The position numbers and the translations under genes are program-made. A stretch of DNA of 63,285 nt, the filler included, from Chiloscyllium plagiosum (Eukaryota): NCBI RefSeq assembly GCF_004010195.1. It is 4 parts of one record of this genome, joined end to end, with 100 filler letters (N's around TTAATTAATTAA, not from the genome) between each part and the next. Parts side by side here need not be neighbours in the genome. Positions count along the whole stretch, not along the records: positions 14,138 to 44,568 come from NC_057711.1; 3 more parts are not named here. The stretch is one strand, 5' to 3'. The notes under the pieces were generated by a model. That model had not been told where the DNA came from, made no database searches, and worked only from the letters and a program-made list of their open reading frames with translations. The stretch's first letter is position 1. Each line of letters opens with the position of its first letter. This document shows, piece by piece, positions 23,631 through 34,715 of this stretch.

Positions 23631-24221
23631 CTCACTCATGCTCAACGTTGCTTGGTCAGATGCAATTTGCCTGTGAACCTTACTGTACTGAAGCGTTAAC
23701 GTTACTTCAGTCATTTCACAATCATCTGATTAATACGACAACACCTTAATCTCTCCTGGAGAAAATGATTCATTATCTACCATGAAGCCAGCTCGCTGAC
23801 CACAAAATAGTTTTGTCTCAAATCACATCACCTTGGGCAAATTCAGTTCCATTGCCAATAATGTCTGTGACAAACATGAAGTAACAATCATCACTTGACA
23901 AAACCCTAACAGTTTTCTGCACATTGCTTGTCCAGTAGGACTGGAAGAAATTTTCACTGGAATCATGAGTGCTTTAAGTGATTTAAAAATTAAATTGACA
24001 GGCAGGTTGTTAGTTCAGGAATCCTACAGTCGAAATGATGTCCTGAAGTCCTGGTACCAATCTCCTCATGGGACTGCCCCTGTAGTCAATTCCCAAAATG
24101 CTGAGCGCAGGTACAATTTGAAGCAAATGGCTCTTGATGGTATCCAAGCAGCTGTAGCTTAACAACAGGAAGGGCGATGAACTCTCTTTCTCTGGTGTCA
24201 CTCGAACCCTCAGAATTTTTT

Positions 24222-24542
24222 TCTTCATTCATTCACTGGCTATGGATGTCTCAGGGGCTAGCATTTATTGCTCATCCCTAACATTGCTGTGGGTATGGAG
24301 TCATATGGAGTCCAGATCAGGTAAGGATGGCAGATTTCCTTCCCTAAAGGATATTAGTGAACCAGACAGGTTTTTCCAACAATCAGCAATAGATACATGG
24401 TCATCATTAGACTCTTAATCCCAGATTTTTATTGAATTCAAATTCCACCATCTGCCCTGGCAGGATTCAAATGCCAGTGACTGGAATGTTACCTGTGTCT
24501 CTAGATTAACACCCCAGCAATAATACCGGTAGGCCAATCTCT
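24222..24542 (-). mobile_element. SacSINE1-like (tRNA-headed) SINE
   Basis: Shares caggtaaggatggcagatttccttccctaaagg...agtgaaccagacagg...ttgaattcaaattcca with ~33515-33793 and ~48830-49152. Family name from recall. Confidence 0.7.
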
Positions 24543-24806
24543 TTTGTCCTTATATTTCCTTTGTCCTGACTGCAATCCTGCCTGGTAACTGGCGATAACT
24601 TCCTGGTCTCCATGCAACAAGCACTGTAGGTAGTTAACAAATCCAAAAAATGAACAATCTGGTTTCCTCAGACTTTGTAGAATTATAAAAGCAAATACAG
24701 ACACTGTACCAGTGACTCAGAGTCCTGTGCTTCTGCCGACCAATTACAGACTGCACTAAATATAACAAAACCAACCAAGATCCTGTTAAGACCTCAGTGC
24801 TGGAGT

Positions 24807-25136
24807 GATTTGATTAGATTAGATTAGATTAGATTACTTACAGTGTGGAAACAGGCCCTTCGGCCCAACAAGTCCACACCGACCCGCCGAAGCGTAACCC
24901 ACCCATACCCCTACATTTACCCCTTACCTAACACTACGGGCAATTTAGCATGGCCAATTCACCTGACCCTGCACATCTTTGGACTGTGGGAGGAAACCGG
25001 AGCCCCCGGAGGAAACCCACGCAGACACGGGGAGAACGTGCAAACTCCACACAGTCAGTCGCCTGAGGCGGGAATTGAACCCGGGTCTCTGGCGCTGCGA
25101 GGCAGCAGTGCTAACCACTGTGCCACCGTGCCGCCC
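24807..25136 (-). mobile_element. HE1 SINE, full length
   Basis: Near-exact reverse complement of 23223-23537, with an (AGATT)n tail. Confidence 0.94.
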
Positions 25137-25160
25137 ACCAGTGCAGTGTGATACAAGTAA

Positions 25161-25485
25161 GGACGGTGGCTCAGTGGTTAGCATTGTTGCCTCACAGCTG
25201 TGAGGGACCAGGGTTGATTTCATCCTTGGGTGGAGCTTGCACATTTTCCCTGTGTCTGCGTGGGTTTACTCCGGGTGCTCCGGTTTCCTCCCACAGTCCA
25301 AAGATGTGCAGGTTAGGTGGGTTGGCCATGCTAAATTGCCCATAGTGTTTAGGGATGTGCAGGTTTGATGTGTTAGCCATGGGAAATGCAAGGGTACGGG
25401 GATAGGTCTGGGCGGGATGCTCTTCGGAGGGTCAGTATGGACTTGTTGGGCCAAATGGCCTGTTTCCACACTGTAGGGATCAATG
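25161..25485 (+). mobile_element. HE1 SINE, older subfamily
   Basis: cggtggctcagtggttagc head, HE1 core, tail ggcctgtttccacactgtagggat. Confidence 0.88.
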
Positions 25486-26054
25486 ACACTGGCTTTCTCT
25501 CTCCTTTCATATTGCCTGGGAATTACTGGTGTTTGAGGTACACAGCAGGCTGCTTCTGTCCACAACAGATGGTAAGAAACTCCAGCTGAACTGAAGAGAC
25601 CTTCCACCTCATTTTTCTTTGTTGGACTGGGCAGGGGAACATTACATTCACACCTTTCAATCCTCTGATTGGAAGCTTAAAAAGTTAAAATCCAGCTTTC
25701 TTCCACAGGCTACACAGAGACACTTTGCAGTTGGAAGACTTTTGTTGCCAACAGAAATGAAAATAAAAACAAAAACCTTGCAGGAATCTAAGGCTGGATT
25801 TCTATTCCCATTGATGGTGAAGACCTTGGCTAAGGAAAGGGTTTGAGTCAAACAGAAACATCCAGGCCACTTCAGGTAGAATACATTTTCATCCTTACTT
25901 TGACAAGATGATTCAGAAACAGCACAAACTATAGAGAGATCTTCATAAACAGGAACAAGAGGAAGCCATTCAGACCTTGAGCCTGCTCCACCAATCAATG
26001 AGATCATGGCTGATCTGTGGCCTAACTCCATGCACCTGCCTTTGGCTCATATCA

Positions 26055-26980
26055 TTGAGTCATAGAGATGTACAGCATGGAAACAGACTCTTTGGATCAA
26101 CTGGTCCATGCCGACCAGATATCTCAACCCAATCTAGTCCCACCTGCCAGCACCCAGCCCATATCCCTCCAAACCCTTCCTAGTCATATACCCATCCAGA
26201 TGCCTTTTAAATGAAGTAATTATACCAGCTTCCACCACTTCCTCTGGCAGCTCATTCCATACAAATACCACCCTCCACGTGAAAATGTTGCCCTTTAGGT
26301 CTCTTTTATATCTTTCCCCTCTCACCCTAAACCTATGCCCGCTAGTTCTGGACTCCCTGACCTCAGGGAAAAGACTTTGTCCATTTATCCTATCCATGCC
26401 CCTCATGCTTTTATAAACCTCTATAAGGTCACCCCTCAGCCTCTGACGCTCCAGGGAAAACAGCCCCAGCCTATTCAGCCTCTCCCTATAGCTCAAACCC
26501 TCCAACCCTGGCAACATCCTTGCAAATCTTATCTGAACCCTTTCAAGTTTCACAACATTTTTCCGATAGGAAGGAGACCAGAAATACATGCAATACTCCA
26601 ACAGTGGCTTAACCAACATCTTGTACAGCTGCAACATGACCTCCCAACTCCTGTACTCAATGCTCTGACCAATAAAGGAAAGCATACCAAACACCTTCTT
26701 CACTATCCTATCTACCTGTGACTCTACTTTCAAGGAGCTATGAACTGCAGTCCAAGGTCTCTTTGTTCAGCAACAATCCCTAGGACCTTACTATTAAATG
26801 TATAAGTCCTGCTAAGTTTTGCTTTTCCAAAATGCAGCACCTCACATTTATCTAAATTAAACTCCATCTGCCACTTCTCAGCCCATTGGCCCATCTGATC
26901 AAGATCCTGTTGTAATCTGAGGTAACCCTCTTCGCTGTCCACTACACCTCCAATTTTGGTGTCATCTGCAAACTTACTAA
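26055..26980 (-). mobile_element. CR1 LINE 3' part, running into a gap
   Basis: SKFADDTKIGG...QWAEKWQMEFNLDKCEVLHFG plus ORF 26134..26733. Confidence 0.94.
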
Positions 26981-27480
26981 NNNNNNNNNNNNNNNNNNNN
27001 NNNNNNNNNNNNNNNNNNNNNNNNNNNNNNNNNNNNNNNNNNNNNNNNNNNNNNNNNNNNNNNNNNNNNNNNNNNNNNNNNNNNNNNNNNNNNNNNNNNN
27101 NNNNNNNNNNNNNNNNNNNNNNNNNNNNNNNNNNNNNNNNNNNNNNNNNNNNNNNNNNNNNNNNNNNNNNNNNNNNNNNNNNNNNNNNNNNNNNNNNNNN
27201 NNNNNNNNNNNNNNNNNNNNNNNNNNNNNNNNNNNNNNNNNNNNNNNNNNNNNNNNNNNNNNNNNNNNNNNNNNNNNNNNNNNNNNNNNNNNNNNNNNNN
27301 NNNNNNNNNNNNNNNNNNNNNNNNNNNNNNNNNNNNNNNNNNNNNNNNNNNNNNNNNNNNNNNNNNNNNNNNNNNNNNNNNNNNNNNNNNNNNNNNNNNN
27401 NNNNNNNNNNNNNNNNNNNNNNNNNNNNNNNNNNNNNNNNNNNNNNNNNNNNNNNNNNNNNNNNNNNNNNNNNNNNNNNN

Positions 27481-30400
27481 GTATCTGTGCTCAGTATTAT
27501 TTCTGTATCTGTGTTCAGTATTATTCCTGTATCTGTGCTCAGTATTATTTCTGTATCTGTGTTCAGTATTATTCCTGTATCTGTGCTCAGTATTATTTCT
27601 GTATCTGTGTTCAGTATTATTCCTGTATCTGTGCTCAGTATTATTTCTGTATCTGTGTTCAGTATTATTCCTGTATCTGTGCTCAGTATTATTCCTGTAT
27701 CTGTGTTCAGTATTATTCCTGTATCTGTGCTCAGTATTATTCCTGTATCTGTACTCAGTATTATTTCTGTATCTGTGTTAAGTATTATTCCTGTATCTGT
27801 GCTCAGCATTTTTCCTGCTCCCAGTGTTCAGTATTATTCCTGTATCTGTGCTCAGTATTATTCCTGTATCTGTGCTCAGCGTTTTTCCTGCTCCCTGTGC
27901 TCAGTATTATTCCTGTATCTTTGTTCAGTATTATTCCTGTATCTGTGCTCAGTATTATTCCTGTATCTGTGCTCAGTATTATTCCTGTATCTGTGCTCAG
28001 TATTATTTCTGTATCTGTGTTCAGTATTATTCCTGTATCTGTGCTCAGTAGTATTCCTGTATCTGTGCTCAGCATTTTCCCTGCTCCCAGTGCTCAGTAT
28101 TATTCCTGTATCTGTGCTCAGTATTATTCCTGTTCCCTGTGCTCAGTATAATTCCTGTATCTGTGCTCAGTCTTCTCCCTATTCCCTGTGCTCAGCAATA
28201 ATCCTGCTCCCTGTGCTCAGCATTATTCCCTATTCTTAGTATTATTCCTGCTCCCTGTGCTCAGTATTATTCCTGTATCTGTGCTCAGTATTATTCCTGA
28301 TTCCTGTCCTCAGTATTATTCCTGTATCTGTGCTCAGTATTATTCCTGTATCTGTGCTCAGTATTATTCCTGTAACCATGCTCAGTATTGTTCCTATTCT
28401 CTGTGCTCAGCATTATTCCTGTATCTGTGCTCAGTAATATTCCCGTATCCATGTTTAGTATTATTCCTGCTCCCCATGCTCAGTATTAATCCTACTCCCT
28501 GTGCTCAATATTATTCTTCTATCTGTGCTCAGTATTATTCCTGTATCTGTGCTCAGTATTATTCCTGTATCTGTGCTCAGTATTATTTCTGTATCCGTGC
28601 TCACTATTATTCCTGTATCCGTGCTCAGTATTATTCCTGTACCTGTGCGCAGTATTATTCCTGTATCGGTGCTCAGTATTATTCCTATTCCCTGTGCTCA
28701 GTATTATTCTTGCGACCTGTGCTCAGTCCTCTTCCTGTACCTGTGCTCAGTATTATTCCTGTATCTGTGCTCAGTGTTATTCCTGCTCCCAGTGCTCAGT
28801 ATTATTCCTGTATCTCTGCTCAATATTATTCCTGTATCTGTGTTCAGTATTATTCCTGTATCTGTGCTTAGTATTATTCCTGCTCTCTGTGCGTAGCATT
28901 ATTCCATTATCTGTGCTCAGTATTATTCTTGTATCTGTGCTCAATATTATTCCTGTATCTGTGCTCAGCATTTTCTCTGTTCCCTGTGCTCAGTATTGTT
29001 CCTGTATCTCTGCTCAGTATTATTCATGTTCCCTGAGCTCAGTATTATTCCTGTACCTGTGCTCAGTATTATTCCTGCTCGCCGTGCTCAGTATTATTCC
29101 TGTATCTGTGCTCAGTATTATTCCCATTTCCATGCTCAGTATTATTCCTGCTCCCTGTGCTCAGTATTATTCCCGTATCCAAGTTCAGTATCACTCCTAT
29201 TCCCTGACCACAAAATTATTCCAGTATCTGTGCTCAGTATTATTCCTGGCTCCATGCTCAGTGTTACTCCTGCTCCCCATGCTCAGTATTATTCTGGTAT
29301 CTGTGCTAAGTATAATTCCTGTATCTGTGCTCAGTACTATTCCTGTATCCATGCTCAGTATTATTCCTGCTCCCTGTGCTCAGTATTATTCCTGTGTCTG
29401 TGCTCAGTATTATTCCTGTATCTGTGCTCAGCATTATTCCTATTCCCTGTGCTCAGTATTATGCCTGTATCTGTGCTCAATATTATTCCTATTCCCTGTG
29501 CTCAGCATTATTCCTGTATCTGTGCTCAATATTGTTCCTGTATCTGTGCTCAGTGTTATTCCTGCATCTGTGCTCAGTATTATTCTTGCTCCCTGTGCTC
29601 AGTATTATCCCTTCTCCCTGTGCTCAGTATTATTCCTATTCGCTGTGCTCAGCATTATTCCTGTAATTGTGCTCAGTGTTATTCCTACTCCCAGTGGTCA
29701 GTATTATTCCTGTATCTGTGCACAGCATTATTCCTGTATCTCTGCTCAGTATTATTCCTGTATGTGTGTTCAGTGTTATTCCTGCTCCGTGCTCAGCATT
29801 TTTCCTGTATCTGTGCTCAGTATTATTCCTGTATCCGTGCGCAGTATTATTCTTGCTCTCTGTGCTCAGCATTATTCCTATATCTGTGCTCAGTATTATT
29901 CCTGTATCTGTGCTCAGTATTATTCCTGTATCTATGCTCAGTATTATTCCTGCCCCCCGTGCTCAATGTTATTCCTGTATCTGAGCTCAGTATTATTCCT
30001 GCTCTCTGTGCTCCATATTATTCCTGTGTCTGTGCTCAGTATTATTCCTGCTCCCTTTGCTGAGTATTATTCCAGTATCTGTGTTCAGTATTATTCCTGC
30101 ATCTGTGCTCAGTATTATTCCTGCTCCCTGTGCTCAGTATTATTCTTGCTCCCTGTGCCCAGTATTATTAATGTACCTGTGCTCAGCATTATTCTTGTAC
30201 CTGTGCTCAGTAGTATTCCTGTTCCCTGTGCTCAGTATTATTCGTATCTGTGCTCAGTATTATTCCTGTATCCGTGCTCAGAATTATGCCTGCTCCCTGT
30301 GCTCATTATTATTCCTGCTCCCTGTGCTCAGTATTATTCCTGTATCTGTGCTCAGTATTATTCCTTCTCCCTGTGCTCAGTATTATTCCAGTATCTGTGC

Positions 30401-31655
30401 TCAGTATTATTCCTGTATCTATGCTCAGTATTATTTCTGCTCCCTGTGCTCAGTATTATTCCTGCTCCCCGTGCTCTGTATGATTCCTGTTCCCTATGCT
30501 CAGTATTATTCCTGTATCTGTGCTCAGTATTATTCCTGCTCCCTGTGCTCAGTATTATTCCTGTATCTGTGCTCAGTATTGTTCCTGTATCGGTGCCCAG
30601 TATTATTCCGGTACCTGTGCTCAATATTATTCCTGCTCCCCGTGCTCAGTATTATTCCTGTATCTGTGCTCAGTAGTATTCCAGTATCCGTGCCCAGTAT
30701 TATTCCTGCTCCCTGTGCTCAGTATTATTCCTGCTCCTTGTGCTATCACTCTTGTATCCGTGCTTAGTATCATTCCTGTTCCCTGTGCTCACTATTATTC
30801 CTGCTCCCTGTGCTCAGTATTATTCCTGCTCCCTGTGCTCAGCATTATTCCTGCTCCCTGTGCTCAGAACTATTCCTGTATCTGTGCTCAGTATCATTCC
30901 TGCTCCCTGTGCTCAGTATTATTCCTGTATCTGTGCTCAGTATTATTCCTGCTCCCTGTGCTCAGTATTATTCCTGTATCTGTGCTCAGTATTATTTGTG
31001 CTCCCCGTGCACAGTAGTAAGCGTGTGTCTATGCTCAGTATTAATCCTGCTCCCCGTGCTCAGTATTATTCCTGTTCCCCGTGCTCAGTATTATTCCTGT
31101 ATCTGTGCTCAGTGTTATTCCTGTATCTGTGCTCAGTATTATTCCTGTACCTCTGCTCAGTATTATTCCTGTATCTGTGCTCAGTATTATTCCTGTATCT
31201 GTGCCCAGTATTATTCCGGTACCTGTGCTCAATATTATTCCTGCTCCCCGTGCTCAGTATTATTCCTGTTGTGCTCAGTATTATTCCTGTATCTGTGCTC
31301 AGTATTATTCCTGTATCTGTGCTCAGTATTATTCCTGTATCTGTGCTCAGTATTATTCCTGTATCTGTGCTCAGTATTATTCCTGTATCTGTGCTCAGTA
31401 TTATTCCTGTATCTGTGCTCAGTATTATTCCTGTTCCTTATGCTCAGTGTTATTCCTGTATCTGTGCTCAGTATTATTCCTGTTCCTTGTGCTCAGTATT
31501 ATTCCTGTATCTGTGCTCAGTATTATTCCTGTTCCCTGTGCTCAGTATTATTCCTGTATCTGTGCTCAGTATTATTCCTGTTCCTTATGCTCAGTGTTAT
31601 TCCTGTATCTGTGCTCAGTATTATTCCTGTTCCCTGTACTCAGTGTTATTCCTAT
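27481..31655. repeat. Minisatellite array, 24/25-bp units, about 170 copies
   Basis: Units gtatctgtgctcagtattattcct (24 bp) and gctccctgtgctcagtattattcct (25 bp). The array begins at a gap, so its true length is unknown. Confidence 0.98.
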
Positions 31656-32436
31656 CTTCAAAGTCACAGTCAGGAATGTGTGGAAAGTGCAGTTTGGAGA
31701 CTTGTATTTTATGAACAGCAAGCCATAGCAATAATATCCTGCATCCACAGCATGCCTTGTTTATCTTTGGTACCGGTAATGCTGTGCCCAGAAAATTCAT
31801 TTCGGAGTTTTCAAACCAACATCTTTGCTAGATACTTGGCAAACAGAGCAATTGTGTATGAATCCGATATCTGCTTTTACCAAGAGGATTTTCGAGAGAG
31901 ACCCATTCTCCGTCATGGTAAAAGGAGGGGTTTGCTTTACTGAACTGTTCCCTGGCCTGGGTCAACCTGTTTGACTGACTGAGCTGAGCTAATTGGGTGA
32001 TCCTCACGTTACCTCATTCACGGGCAGTGCACACAGCTCCCAGATCTGTGTGACAGCAGGGAGTCGTCTCTGACACATGAGAACTCACCGAGGGAATTGG
32101 GTTAACAAACCATGGTGCAGGAGTTCAGCAGCCTGTTGTCAGACTCTATCCATCATTAAAATGCCTCCGCAGTAAAATAACATTGTGGCTGACTACTCAA
32201 CACCACCTGCTGGTCCCTCGACACTCACCATATGATGGAGTAAAGCCTCCCACACGACAGTAAAGAGGCACTGCCTGGCAAACACATTATTTAACAATGA
32301 TCAGAGTAACAGTTGAGCAGAATTTTTGAGAAAACAATACATTAATTACATAAGTTGCATGGGAGAATATTTAAAAACAAGGTACTGAAAATATCAATTA
32401 TGTTGATCCTATAGCTGGACATGTACAACTGTTAAC

Positions 32437-32746
32437 TAGATTCCCTACAGTGGGGAAACGGGCCCTTCGGCCCAACCAGTCCACACTGACCCTCCGAAGA
32501 GTAACCCACCCAGACCCATTTCCCTCTGACTAATGCACCTAACACTACAGGCAATTTAGCGTGGCCAACTCACCTAACCTGCACATCCTTGGACTGTGGG
32601 AGGAAACTGGAGCACCCGGAGGAAACCCACGCAGACATGGGGAGAATGTGCAAACTCCTCACAGACAGTTGCCTAAGGTTGGGATCAAACCCAGGTCCCT
32701 GGTGCTGTGAGGCAGCAGCGCTAACCACTGAGCCACCGTGCCACCC
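32437..32746 (-). mobile_element. HE1 SINE
   Basis: Reverse-complement head ctaaccactgagccaccgtgccaccc and core ggactgtgggaggaaactggagcacccggagg. Confidence 0.92.
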
Positions 32747-33514
32747 TGACTACTTAACACCACCTGCTTGACCCTCAAGACTCACCACATTAACTGGTAA
32801 TTGAACTAAGTTCAACTACTCTCTTGTTAATACATATCAATATCTTCAGTTAATACATATCAATAAAGATGGTGGCATTGTGGTAATGTCACAAAACTCG
32901 TAACTCCAGGCTAATGCCTTGCAGACCTTGGTCAAGTCCCACCATGGAAGCTGGTGGGATTTACTTTCAATCATTTATGTCCAGAATTGAGAGGGCTTTT
33001 ATGCCACAATTGGGTTCAAGTCCCTCCTGCTGCAGAGACATGTAACGGTTGGGTTGATTAGAAAAATGCCTAACTCTGAAAGTGAAAGCTCGTCTCAGTA
33101 ATGGCTCTCTGAAACAATCATGCCTTTGTTGTAAAAAAACCGACCTGCCCATTTGGGAAGGAAGAGTTGCTGACCAGGCTCAGGCTGGTCTACATGTGAC
33201 TCCAGGCATGTTACTGCCCTTTGAAATGGCCAAGGAGACCCCTCACTTCAAGCGCAAATGGAACTGGCAACCAAAGGCTTTGTCAGCAATGCTCACTTCC
33301 CATCGAAGAATACATTGTTCAAAAACAGAACTTGCCAAAGCATTTCTGCCCAGTGCAGTTATGCAGAGCAGAAAGATCCTAAATTCAAACATCTATGCTG
33401 TGGACAAAGAAACAAAATCAACAGCTGACTCACTAAGAATGGTTTAAGATAGTGCTGACTGAGCTGATCTCAGTTAAGAAAACATTAAATGTATTAATTT
33501 TAGGTTTTTAATTC

Positions 33515-34715
33515 TTTTTATTCATTGGATGAGGGCGTTGCTCAATAGGCCAGCATTTATTACCCATCCTTAATTACCTCCGAGAACAGTTATTGATGTA
33601 GGTTTGGAGCCAGACCAGGTAAGGATGGGAGATTTCCTTCCCTAAAGGGGACTAGTGAACCAGACAGGTTTTCTCTCTCCAACAACGGGCAGTGGTTTCA
33701 TGGTCAGCATTAGACTTTTAATTCTGGATTTTTATTGAATTCAAATTCCACTAGCTGCCATGGTGAAATTCAAACCTGGCTCCCCGGAACATCTGAAACA
33801 AAAACAGGAGTTGCTGGAAAAGCTCAGCAGATCTGGCAGCATCTGTGGAGAGAACCAAAATTGGAGGTGTAGTGGACAGCGAAGAGGATTACCTCAGATT
33901 ACAACAGGATCAGGACCAGATGGGCTGAGAAGTAGCAGATGGAGTTTAATTCAGATAAATGCGAGGTGCTGCATTTTGGGAAAGCAAATCTTAGCAGGAC
34001 TTATACACTTAACGGTAAGGTCATAGGGAGTGTTGCTGAACAAAGAGACCTTGGAGTGCAGGTTCATAGCTCCTTGAAAGTGGAGTCGCAGGTAGATAGG
34101 ATAGTGAAGAAGGCATTTGGTATGCTTTCCTTTATTGGTCAGAGTATTGAGTACAGGAGTTGGGAGGTCATGTTGCGGCTGTACAGGACATTGGTTAGGC
34201 CACTGTTGGAATATNNNNNNNNNNNNNNNNNGGTTTAGGGTGAGAGGGGAAAGATATAAAAGAGACCTAAGGGGCAACTTTTTCACGCAGAGGGTAGTAC
34301 GTGTATGGAATGAACTGCCAGAGGAAGTGGTGGAGGCTGGTACAATTGTAACATTTAAGAGTCATTTGGATGGGTATATGAATAGGAAGGGTTTGGAGGG
34401 ATATTGGCAGGTGGGATTAGATTGGGTTGGGATACCTGGTCGGCATGGCCGGGATGGACTGAAGGGTCTGTTTCCGTGTTGTACGTCTCTACGACTCTAT
34501 AAATCGGGCCTGAATTCTGAGGGTCACCTGACCTGAAACATTAATCCTGATTTCTCTCCACAGATGCTGCCAGACCTGCTGAGCGTTTCCAGCAATGTCC
34601 GTTTTTGTTTTTGATTTACATCATCTGCCGGTTTTTTTTTTGCTTTTGTTCGGAACATCACTTGGGGTTTCCGGACAAATAATCAAGTGATAATGCCACT
34701 GGGCCATTGGCTCCA
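33515..34715 (-). mobile_element. SacSINE1-like SINE containing a Penelope fold-back (33794-34650), which itself contains a CR1
   Basis: SINE halves ~33515-33793 and ~34651-34715; 9-bp duplication cggaacatc (33785-33793, 34651-34659). Confidence 0.75.
33855..34500 (+). mobile_element. CR1 LINE 3' fragment
   Basis: MEFNSDKCEVLHFGK...LYRTLVRPLLEY and FFTQRVVRVWNELP; tail ctctacgactctat. Confidence 0.93.

Noticed and set aside
26730..31943. Many long ORFs (up to 660 aa) rich in CAQYYS, VLSIIP and LFLYLC
   Set aside because: Translations of the 24/25-bp satellite and of N gaps; open in overlapping frames with no domain signal.
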